Both the position numbers and the translations under genes were made by a program. Under the pieces are notes generated by a model. That model ran no database searches and was not told the origin of the DNA. It worked only from the letters and a program-made list of their open reading frames with translations. From a virus, in IMG/VR virus record IMGVR_UViG_3300028581_000028, positions 1 through 64,000 of that record: a stretch of 64,000 bases of DNA. The stretch is one strand, 5' to 3'. Positions 10,088-17,743 of the stretch are shown here, piece after piece. Position 1 is the stretch's first letter; each line of letters opens with the position of its first letter.

Positions 10088-10813
10088 CTACTTTTTCTTT
10101 TTAATAGCATAAACAACACCAACAATAAGTGCTATTGCGACCAGACTCCCTACAACTATTAACACGGTTTTGGTTGTTTTGGCTTTACGTTCATTGGCTT
10201 TAGCAATCTCTTCTTGTTTGGCTTTTTTCTGTTCCATTATTTGCTGGATCATCTGCCTCTTTGCCTCTTGTTGTTTTGCCAGAGTTTCGCTACTCCCAAA
10301 CTTTTTCATTTTTTGGGTGTCCATTATTTTGTTGGCGATACCACCACCAACTTCTAATAAACTGCCAATCAGTCCTCCACCAGCATAATAAAACTCGTCA
10401 TCTGATTCGCCATCGGCATCTAAGTAGTCCTCGTTCACAGTATCACTCGTATCATCGTATTGATTTGCATCAAAATATTCGTACATTACCTTATAGGTAG
10501 CCTTCATCCCCGAATCGTTAATTGCGGATTCTCCATCAGCTCCAACGACTTGATTTTTATGGCTGATAAGAAAAGATGCCCCCAGCAATAAGTTACGATT
10601 GCTGGGTGCATTATCTATAAAGGCATTAACAAGCTGGATATCGGATGCGTTATCGGGTACTGGGATATTTGCATTTCTCAATACTTCGATAAAGTCCGAT
10701 TTATCTTTAATAAGATAAATCGCCAATTCACGCATAATAACCCTATTGGCTTTCTGCGTATCTCGGCTTTTTATATATTTGGCGAGTTCGCCAAAAAACT
10801 TGCTATTATCCAC
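10088..10813 (-). CDS. Membrane-anchored coiled-coil virion protein
   Basis: C-terminal TM plus KKKK; GADG and YLDADG motifs. Confidence 0.75.
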   Translation of the reverse strand: MDNSKFFGELAKYIKSRDTQKANRVIMRELAIYLIKDKSDFIEVLRNANIPVPDNASDIQLVNAFIDNAPSNRNLLLGASFLISHKNQVVGADGESAINDSGMKATYKVMYEYFDANQYDDTSDTVNEDYLDADGESDDEFYYAGGGLIGSLLEVGGGIANKIMDTQKMKKFGSSETLAKQQEAKRQMIQQIMEQKKAKQEEIAKANERKAKTTKTVLIVVGSLVAIALIVGVVYAIKKKK

Positions 10814-10817
10814 CTTA

Positions 10818-12068
10818 TTATTTTTTCTTTAGTACATACTTATTAATCAACACAATTGCTACTACACCAATTGCTACACCAATGGCTATTTTAACACCAG
10901 TCGACATACCCTTCTTTTTGCCTTCGGCATTCGAGAAGTTTAAGTCAAATTTGCGACTTGCTGGTGCATCGTAATCGTCTTTATCATCGATCCCTATATA
11001 TCCAGTATCTCCGTTTACACCATTAGATTCCTCTGCTGGTATAACGATTGAGTCTTGTGCAATATCTGGGTTTAATTCTGCATCAACTGGAGTTTCTGAT
11101 CCGCCTTCGGAACGCTTTTGTGCCAATTTTCTTGCTGGTGCGTTTGCTAAAGCTACCTTCATACGATCACGTTTAGCCAAGCGTTTAGCTTTTCTAATTT
11201 CACGTCTGCTGTTTCTTTCTGCTTTGCCACGACCTCTTGCACTTGAATAACCCTGCAGTTTTTCTTCCAACATCTTAACACGGGCATTGCGAGTTGCAAT
11301 CTGCTTTCTAAGGCTTTCTTTCATTGGTTCGCTTTTAGCGTTTGCCAATTTAAGAGTAAGGCGTTGGATATATTCTTTTTGCCATTCGATCTTTTTAGTT
11401 ATTTCTTTTACCGTAGGATGTATTTTTTGTTTCACGCCATCCACGTTCAAGAAATAATCTTCAGCACCGCCAAGTTCAGATGTGAAGGAGTCTTCAGCAC
11501 CATTAAATTCGTTGGTCGGATCAAATACTGCCCCGCCATCAAATCCAGATTCCTCTTCGTATCCGCCTTCATCAGCGTAACCTTCTTCTCCGCCTTTTTC
11601 TTCATAGCCTTCTTCTTCAGCGTAGCCTTCTTCTCCGCCTTGATCCTCAACATATCCGCCACCCTGATCTTCAGCATAACCACCGCCCTGATCTTCAGCA
11701 TAACCGCCCTGATCTTCAGCATAACCGCCCTGTTCTTCCATTAACGGTTCTTCTTCTTCCCCCATAGCTTTACGAGCTAATTTGCGAGTTTTTCTTGTAT
11801 CTTTTTGGGTTTGTTTTGCTTCGAGACGATTTGCTCTCATCCCTTGTCGTGTGGCTTGTTTATCGGCTCTACGAGAAAGCCGATTCGATGCCCTTGTCCT
11901 TTTTCTTTCATCACGTCTTTGGATTCGTTCCATTCTGCGTTTTTGCCTTCTGGCACGTCCACGTCCCCTCGCTTGTGAGAACTCACCAAATGCTTCCTCG
12001 AAAGTAGCAACTTGGATCGAGTTATCGCCAGTATTACGGGGAGATAGTGTAATAATTGTTGGCTTCAT
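10818..12068 (-). CDS. Membrane-anchored protein with alternating Arg-rich and acidic blocks
   Basis: RGRGRARRQKRR block, acidic EDQGGY repeats, KKGMSTGVKIAIG anchor. Confidence 0.8.
   Translation of the reverse strand: MKPTIITLSPRNTGDNSIQVATFEEAFGEFSQARGRGRARRQKRRMERIQRRDERKRTRASNRLSRRADKQATRQGMRANRLEAKQTQKDTRKTRKLARKAMGEEEEPLMEEQGGYAEDQGGYAEDQGGGYAEDQGGGYVEDQGGEEGYAEEEGYEEKGGEEGYADEGGYEEESGFDGGAVFDPTNEFNGAEDSFTSELGGAEDYFLNVDGVKQKIHPTVKEITKKIEWQKEYIQRLTLKLANAKSEPMKESLRKQIATRNARVKMLEEKLQGYSSARGRGKAERNSRREIRKAKRLAKRDRMKVALANAPARKLAQKRSEGGSETPVDAELNPDIAQDSIVIPAEESNGVNGDTGYIGIDDKDDYDAPASRKFDLNFSNAEGKKKGMSTGVKIAIGVAIGVVAIVLINKYVLKKK
11635..11740 (-). repeat. Coding tandem repeat of 21-24 nt (E-D-Q-G-G-(G)-Y-A, about 5 copies)
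   Basis: ccgccctgatcttcagcataa units repeated. Confidence 0.85.
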
Positions 12069-12089
12069 ATTTTAATATTTAAGGTTAAA

Positions 12090-12563
12090 TTATTTGCTTG
12101 GAGCTATTTTAACACTTTGGTGTTTGTCTACATAAGTGCCAAACAAAAATCCTGCAACTGCAACAACTGATGTCACCATTGCGGTCTTGCCACCTTTGTA
12201 TTTTTTGTATTTAGAAAATCCGAAACCGATACCAGCTCCGATTAATCCATAAATTACAGCATTTTTAGTAAATATTCTCTTGTGCATTGGGATATTTACT
12301 ACCGTTGCAGACTGCTGGGCATCTGCTCCTAAAGTTACTTCAGTTACTTCCATTGGTTTGATTTTTTTAAAATATATTAATTGTTTATCCTTCGTTGCAA
12401 ATAGTTTGTAAGTAAATTTTAGACCTCTTCTTTTGCCCTCTACCAGTTTTATATCGCCATCTAATTGAGTACCCTTCTTAATGATTTTATCACTCTCGGT
12501 AAAATTATGATGTTCTAAATTTGGTATAAGAACTTCAGCGTCCTCGATCAATTCTACTTTCAT
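12090..12563 (-). CDS. Membrane protein with two C-terminal TM helices
   Basis: Same architecture as 9487..9978; LGADA motif. Confidence 0.7.
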   Translation of the reverse strand: MKVELIEDAEVLIPNLEHHNFTESDKIIKKGTQLDGDIKLVEGKRRGLKFTYKLFATKDKQLIYFKKIKPMEVTEVTLGADAQQSATVVNIPMHKRIFTKNAVIYGLIGAGIGFGFSKYKKYKGGKTAMVTSVVAVAGFLFGTYVDKHQSVKIAPSK

Positions 12564-12569
12564 ATCTTG

Positions 12570-13220
12570 TTATCTGTTTGTTTTTAAATACAACACCATC
12601 CCAAATATTGCGACTACGCTAACAATTCCAAGTACTACAACTGTTTCCGTTGCAATTCTTTGTACTGGGATACTTTGTTCGCTACCTCCCTCTGCATTAG
12701 AGTATGTAGCATTTTTTGAACATCCGCCACAATTTGAACATCCGCCACTACAGTTTGACATTGTTTGTTTTCTGTAAGGGCAATTTGGACGTTTTTGGTA
12801 ATTTGGGTTACCATCCATATTTATATATCTTTTACAATAAGGGCAATTGGGATTTCCGCAAGGGGGATGTCCTTCGAATTCTGCCCAGCCTTCGTGTAAA
12901 ACAGTTTCCTTTAAAACCTTGTTTTGCTCATCCGTTTTTATTGGTTCTGGATTAGACTGTAGCGGTTCAACCTTAACTTTAGGATTGTTGTATTTTAATA
13001 TAAATTCCTTATGCGGATGAATCTCCGCAAATTCTTTTTCCAAGTCGATCTTGGCTGGGGACGAAGCATAAAGTTTGGCTAACTTAATCTCCAAATCCTT
13101 AACATCCGTTGCGTTAAGCCCCGTATGTTTTTTTAATAAACCCTTTGCTTTATCGGTTGAGGCATTTGCCAGTACCGAGAGAAGCGTTGAATATTCAGAC
13201 TTTTTCCTTTTATCATTCAT
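12570..13220 (-). CDS. Membrane-anchored Cys-rich protein
   Basis: CGNPNCPYC, NCPY and CSGGCSNCGGC; YSNAEG; C-terminal TM. Confidence 0.7.
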   Translation of the reverse strand: MNDKRKKSEYSTLLSVLANASTDKAKGLLKKHTGLNATDVKDLEIKLAKLYASSPAKIDLEKEFAEIHPHKEFILKYNNPKVKVEPLQSNPEPIKTDEQNKVLKETVLHEGWAEFEGHPPCGNPNCPYCKRYINMDGNPNYQKRPNCPYRKQTMSNCSGGCSNCGGCSKNATYSNAEGGSEQSIPVQRIATETVVVLGIVSVVAIFGMVLYLKTNR

Positions 13221-13245
13221 TACGTTTATCCTTTAAAAGTTTTTT

Positions 13246-13278
13246 AAAAAAGGGATAAGGCATAACCCTATCCCTTTT
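13246..13278 (-). terminator. Rho-independent terminator after the putative major capsid gene
   Basis: Minus-strand AAAAGGGATAGGG-TTATG-CCTTATCCCTTTTTT hairpin ending in a U-tract. Confidence 0.75.
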
Positions 13279-13303
13279 ATTTATAGGAAAATCCAGTAAT
13301 GAA

Positions 13304-14056
13304 TTAGCTCCTCGAGATGCCTTTTACATCCTGAGTTGTCTGGATAATAACTGGAGCTACGTTTTTACCGCTTAAGCGTGGGGCTCTTGCGGAGTTAATC
13401 GATGATCCTCCGTTCAGTTTAGCTTTTCCGCTAATAACTGAGATTGGGAACATAGAGATTGTAAGTAATGCACCAGCTAAGAGGTTAAAGGTTAAATAAG
13501 TGTTTCCATCAACTGTAACAGGCTTGGTAACATCGATGATGTCTGGCTGTTGTTGATAAGCGTCACGCATAATACTTAAATTCAACGGGGTTGAATAAGT
13601 TTTACCGTTTGCATCAACGTGGTTGATATTAACAGTTACTTGTAACTGGGCAGGGGTTGTACATTGAAATCTCCATTTGCCAATTTTGAAGAATTTGTTA
13701 TTTGACTGGGCGAGTAAACGACCATAAGTACCGCCTTGTAAGTTGGTCAATACGATACCAACGGGGTTTCCGTACTGGGGTCCAGCTCCAAACCAATCGT
13801 TGTAGCCAAATAATACTGCGATTAAAGCACCTACGGTTGTGTTTTCGTAAGAAACAACATAAGGATCGGATACGACTTGAGGTCTTCCACTTGCAAATGA
13901 CATATCGTCACCATCGATTAAAGACATATCGTCTCCATCAAAGTTGTCCATATCATCAAAATAAGCGAAATCACCCTCGTTATCGTATGAATCGATACCA
14001 GACATTCTTTCTGTACCGTTAATTGCTAATAGCAATTCTTTTTCTTTTGCTTTCAT
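13304..14056 (-). CDS. Putative major capsid protein (single jelly-roll-like), with acidic N-terminal extension
   Basis: Beta-strand-like ~150-aa core; near the front of the structural operon, with a structured leader and its own terminator; paralog at 5941..7146. Confidence 0.5.
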   Translation of the reverse strand: MKAKEKELLLAINGTERMSGIDSYDNEGDFAYFDDMDNFDGDDMSLIDGDDMSFASGRPQVVSDPYVVSYENTTVGALIAVLFGYNDWFGAGPQYGNPVGIVLTNLQGGTYGRLLAQSNNKFFKIGKWRFQCTTPAQLQVTVNINHVDANGKTYSTPLNLSIMRDAYQQQPDIIDVTKPVTVDGNTYLTFNLLAGALLTISMFPISVISGKAKLNGGSSINSARAPRLSGKNVAPVIIQTTQDVKGISRS

Positions 14057-14112
14057 TTAGATAAAGTGAGTTTAAAAATGATTAATAAATTAAATTCTTT
14101 TTTCAGTTTTTC

Positions 14113-14198
14113 GGTCTTACAATTTCCGTGATTTTCGCAAATCTCAAAATGCAACATCACCATAAAGGCGATAGCATCGGTTAGGAAATAACACGACC
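14113..14198 (-). ncRNA. Putative structured cis-regulatory RNA in the capsid gene leader
   Basis: Closing stem GGUCgUGUuAUUUCC/GGAAAUuGUAaGACC enclosing two hairpins, one with a GCGA (GNRA) tetraloop. Confidence 0.45.
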
Positions 14199-14208
14199 TT
14201 TAAACCTA

Positions 14209-14331
14209 CTACTTTTTTACTTCGGCTTTTTTAACAAGCATCGGAGCAACAAATTTCTGATGAACTGCTAATGCTACCATTACGATAACCAGCGTAGTTG
14301 CCATCTTTTTTAAATTGTCTGTTGAGAACAT
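14209..14331 (-). CDS. 40-aa single-TM micro-protein, first gene of the structural operon, not in ORF track
   Basis: Hand translation MFSTDNLKKMATTLVIVMVALAVHQKFVAPMLVKKAEVKK. Confidence 0.7.
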   Translation of the reverse strand: MFSTDNLKKMATTLVIVMVALAVHQKFVAPMLVKKAEVKK

Positions 14332-14371
14332 AGGTTTAAGTTTTAATTGTTAGACATAAAAATTATAGATA

Positions 14372-14401
14372 CAAACTTAAACCAGTTATGCCCGAAACAA
14401 A
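14372..14401 (-). promoter_or_regulatory. Bacteroidota sigma-A-type promoter for the structural operon
   Basis: Minus strand TTTG-18 nt-TAAGTTTG, matching the TTTG/TAnnTTTG consensus. Confidence 0.6.
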
Positions 14402-14539
14402 AGTCTATAATTTAGTACACTAATATTAATAAATACCATATATTGCTGTATATGTGATATATATTATGTACAAAATCTGTACATAACATTGATGTCGTGT
14501 ACAGATATATAAGGCTATTTGTTATTGGATATAATGCAA

Positions 14540-15316
14540 CTACCTAATATCCAAAGGGAGATAATAGGTTCTTGCCTTACGCATTTCGTCTAAGCTCTTT
14601 TGTATAGCAATGCGTCCAGACTCTTTACTGGCATCGGCTGTTTTATCATCATCTTGTACAATAATACAAGTATCTGAAGCAATATAATAATTATAATAAC
14701 TCATTGCAGTACATCGTAAGGCAAACTGGTCAATCACATTACCAGTTAATTCTGGGCTTTCATCAAATGCACCGACTAAATACAATAACTCTCTTTTAAA
14801 AAACACCAGCCCCTTAATTAAATTATCGGCTGGAGCAACAACGGTTATCAAATTCTCCCCATCCGTTGACAGTAATGACGAGATCTCGTCATTTTTAAAT
14901 TCCGATACGATCCCAGACACCCCACTGCTTGTAATATTAGCACAATTATAAATGAGTTCTATTAGCCAGTTGGGTTGTAACACGACTCCCGTTGGAATAA
15001 TGCAAATATACTCGCTTGTCGCCATCCTAAATACACTATTTAACACACCAGCAAGTTCGGTGTTTTTCTTTGTTACGTTATTGGCTAAACTATTAAAATA
15101 CTCGTTTATCCTTTCGTCCTCCGTGTTATCTATTATAAAGAGTTCTACGATAATACCTCCAACCGTTTTTAAATATTCTACTGGGGCATCGGGAATTATA
15201 AACTCGTCCTTTCGTATCTTAAGCTCAAAGCCAATACTATCAAAGCAATGTTTTACAAGCCAGTAATTGCCTTTGGCTAAAAATATAATAGAAACGACTG
15301 GTTTTAAAAGACTCAT
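14540..15316 (-). CDS. Glycosyltransferase family 2-like protein (degenerate DxD)
   Basis: VSII..., IIDN, LN...ATSEYI, FKRELL..VGAFDE pattern of the GT-A fold. Confidence 0.6.
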   Translation of the reverse strand: MSLLKPVVSIIFLAKGNYWLVKHCFDSIGFELKIRKDEFIIPDAPVEYLKTVGGIIVELFIIDNTEDERINEYFNSLANNVTKKNTELAGVLNSVFRMATSEYICIIPTGVVLQPNWLIELIYNCANITSSGVSGIVSEFKNDEISSLLSTDGENLITVVAPADNLIKGLVFFKRELLYLVGAFDESPELTGNVIDQFALRCTAMSYYNYYIASDTCIIVQDDDKTADASKESGRIAIQKSLDEMRKARTYYLPLDIR

Positions 15317-15317
15317 A

Positions 15318-15707
15318 TCAACCGTTATTTTGATTTTTCTGGGTTTCTATTTCTATTCCTTTGCCCATAAGCTCTTTAACCTCTGCCATTAATTTTATCA
15401 TTGGGTTTATAGAGCTTTCTTTTATAAATTCATCCATCCCACGAGATAAGTTGCTTTGCCTTGCCTCCAGACGTTTAGCTTTTTTCTTTGCCCTCTTTAA
15501 GCCATTAAAAAGCACATCTATTTGTGTTTCGTAAACATCAACTTTACCCTCCAGTTCGTATATCTTTTCTAAGCACTCCGTTAAAAGCACCCTTGTTTTT
15601 CTGTATGAAAACAATTTATCCAATCGGATATTTAACATTTTGAATATTACGATTATCATACCGATACCGATGATAATTGTACAAATAAATTCTAATTGTT
15701 CTTTCAT
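15318..15707 (-). CDS. TM plus coiled-coil protein
   Basis: N-terminal hydrophobic helix. Confidence 0.6.
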   Translation of the reverse strand: MKEQLEFICTIIIGIGMIIVIFKMLNIRLDKLFSYRKTRVLLTECLEKIYELEGKVDVYETQIDVLFNGLKRAKKKAKRLEARQSNLSRGMDEFIKESSINPMIKLMAEVKELMGKGIEIETQKNQNNG

Positions 15708-15708
15708 T

Positions 15709-15999
15709 TTAATTTGTTTTATTTTGTATATTGTTATCTAACATTTCCATATAAATACTTAACTCGCCATCGTAATAGAATTGCATTTGTGCCACTATGC
15801 TACTGGTTTTAATAATAGTATTTTTTGTCACCAGCTCCATTATTTCGACCTCGTTTTTTTCGTATTCAGATTTTAGGCAATAATCCTTTCGGATAAGATA
15901 TAGCCGTTTGTAAAGGGCTAAAATGTATTTTTTTTTGATATAAATTTCCAGCCCATAACTACGCAACCAATCTGCCCATTCTGATAGATTTTTACTCAT
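15709..15999 (-). CDS. Hypothetical protein
   Basis: ORF; ATG at 15999 preferred because a CCCCAGC/GCTGGGG hairpin (16012-16033) overlaps the longer start. Confidence 0.55.
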   Translation of the reverse strand: MSKNLSEWADWLRSYGLEIYIKKKYILALYKRLYLIRKDYCLKSEYEKNEVEIMELVTKNTIIKTSSIVAQMQFYYDGELSIYMEMLDNNIQNKTN

Positions 16000-16047
16000 A
16001 TAATAAATAGTCCCCAGCAACAAATGGCTGGGGCTTTTGATTATAAG

Positions 16048-16533
16048 TTAAGTCCTTTTTAAATGACTGGCTGGGGTTTGCATATAGTTTTTAATTGCAA
16101 TAAAGAAATTAAATTTATGTTCCCAGTTGTCCTCAAATAATTCAAACTTTGTATCAGCAATGGCTTGTGCCATAACTTTATCCTTTTTCGCAAGGATTTT
16201 AGCGTTATTATATAGCCGATCATAGTCTTTATCGATCACATTCAGGGTTGGGGTAATTACTTTTTCGATATAGTCCTTAATATCCTTTTCCTTGTTGATA
16301 ATAGATGTATGAACCTTTGCCAATTCTATATCGGTTTTAATGAGGATAATCTTTTTCTCATTGACATCATAATCGGTCAAGTTATCAACCTTTGCATCCT
16401 TAATTTGTTTAGCAACCAGTTTTTTTCTTACGTTTAAGCAATCCACAAGCTCTTTTAACTGGACTACAGATTCCGATACCGATTGTATTCTTGGAAACTT
16501 CTCTACTGGAAAATCATACGTTGTTTTTTTCAT
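16048..16533 (-). CDS. Hypothetical protein
   Basis: ORF in operon. Confidence 0.7.
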   Translation of the reverse strand: MKKTTYDFPVEKFPRIQSVSESVVQLKELVDCLNVRKKLVAKQIKDAKVDNLTDYDVNEKKIILIKTDIELAKVHTSIINKEKDIKDYIEKVITPTLNVIDKDYDRLYNNAKILAKKDKVMAQAIADTKFELFEDNWEHKFNFFIAIKNYMQTPASHLKRT

Positions 16534-16545
16534 ACTTATTTTTAT

Positions 16546-16731
16546 TTAATTATTAAACTCTTGCTGATTATTATCGCTTGGATCACCAATAGCTCCACCG
16601 TCCATTTCGTTTGTCACCTCTTCTGTTTCCAGTTCAACCCCACCAAAATGTGTTGGTAGTTTTTCGCCATCCTCAAATTTGGGCTGGTCGGCATCTTTAA
16701 TCTCTGGGGATTTTTGTTGTTCCTCCTGCAT
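16546..16731 (-). CDS. Small acidic hypothetical protein
   Basis: ORF in operon. Confidence 0.55.
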   Translation of the reverse strand: MQEEQQKSPEIKDADQPKFEDGEKLPTHFGGVELETEEVTNEMDGGAIGDPSDNNQQEFNN

Positions 16732-16733
16732 AA

Positions 16734-17213
16734 TTATTTTTTGCTTTTCTTTTGCTCTGTTTGCTCTCCTTTTTGCTCTTCCTTTTTTTCTGGCTCGACT
16801 ACTATCACAGTTTTCGTAACCTCAACAACCGTAACCTCATCGTTTTTTTTATCGGCTTCGGGATCGGTTTTAATATTATCCGTGCCTAATTCTTGTTCTT
16901 TTGCCACGTCTTCAATAGTTTCGGTTTTAATATCGCCTACCGTAGCAACATCTCCTACTGTTAAATCAGAACCACCTTTTGCCAGTATTTTATTTAAAAA
17001 CTCTTGCGTTTTTAAAATCTCATCATCAACATCTTTAATGTCTTGGTTGATTTCGTTTTTCTCTTCGATAAGAGCTTTGCGGTTATCTGCTATTTTACAT
17101 ATTTTGATCCCTTCACAGCAATTAATAAGTTCCTCTCGAAGTAGTTCTCTCTCTTTTTTGAGATCTGCGAGTATCTTTTCTATTTCTTGGGTGTTTGGTT
17201 CTTTTGTTTCCAT
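16734..17213 (-). CDS. Coiled-coil, charged hypothetical protein
   Basis: ORF in operon. Confidence 0.65.
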   Translation of the reverse strand: METKEPNTQEIEKILADLKKERELLREELINCCEGIKICKIADNRKALIEEKNEINQDIKDVDDEILKTQEFLNKILAKGGSDLTVGDVATVGDIKTETIEDVAKEQELGTDNIKTDPEADKKNDEVTVVEVTKTVIVVEPEKKEEQKGEQTEQKKSKK

Positions 17214-17226
17214 AAAATATAATTTT

Positions 17227-17502
17227 TTAATTCAATGTTCCATCATTGGGTAATATATCAGTAGCCTTCACTATTTCGAGGCTACCGCCTTGTTGGGCTT
17301 CTTTTATAAATGCTTCTGCTTTATCTTTATGCCAAAGACAAGCCCCCACCGATCCTTGCTTGATCCTATAAACAACCTCTTTATCTGGGTTGCTGGGATT
17401 ATCTCCCTCAAAATGTACAAAGGCTTCTTTATCGTTTATAAGCCTAATAAAATATGCCTCTCCAATAAGATTTAATCCTTTTATAATATGCCCTTTACTC
17501 AT
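17227..17502 (-). CDS. Hypothetical protein
   Basis: ORF in operon. Confidence 0.6.
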   Translation of the reverse strand: MSKGHIIKGLNLIGEAYFIRLINDKEAFVHFEGDNPSNPDKEVVYRIKQGSVGACLWHKDKAEAFIKEAQQGGSLEIVKATDILPNDGTLN

Positions 17503-17503
17503 T

Positions 17504-17740
17504 TTACAGATTATTTATAATATTTTTGATACTAAACGGAATTGATATCGGTAAACTAATCCACAATGCAATTATACCGCAAATAAACAAAAAAATATTT
17601 TTATCGGATACTACCCTTGTTGTATCTTCCAGTACTTGCTTCCGATCCGCCCTAAAAAATATAAGAATACTGGCAACTACAAAAGCTACACTCCAAATCT
17701 CGGTACCCAGCAATAATAATATCCAAAAATTCCATTCCAT
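17504..17740 (-). CDS. Two-TM membrane protein next to the packaging ATPase
   Basis: Two hydrophobic helices. Confidence 0.65.
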   Translation of the reverse strand: MEWNFWILLLLGTEIWSVAFVVASILIFFRADRKQVLEDTTRVVSDKNIFLFICGIIALWISLPISIPFSIKNIINNL

Positions 17741-17743
17741 CGG

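Noticed and set aside
11635-11740. Short regularly spaced repeats as a possible CRISPR array
   Set aside because: No unique spacers; units are in-frame codon repeats; no cas genes
11364-12075. Plus-strand and alternate-frame ORFs over 10818..12068
   Set aside because: By-products of repetitive, charged coding sequence on the minus strand
16714-17253. 179-aa plus-strand ORF and the many other short plus-strand ORFs
   Set aside because: Antisense to well-packed minus-strand genes; F/S/L-rich composition typical of shadows
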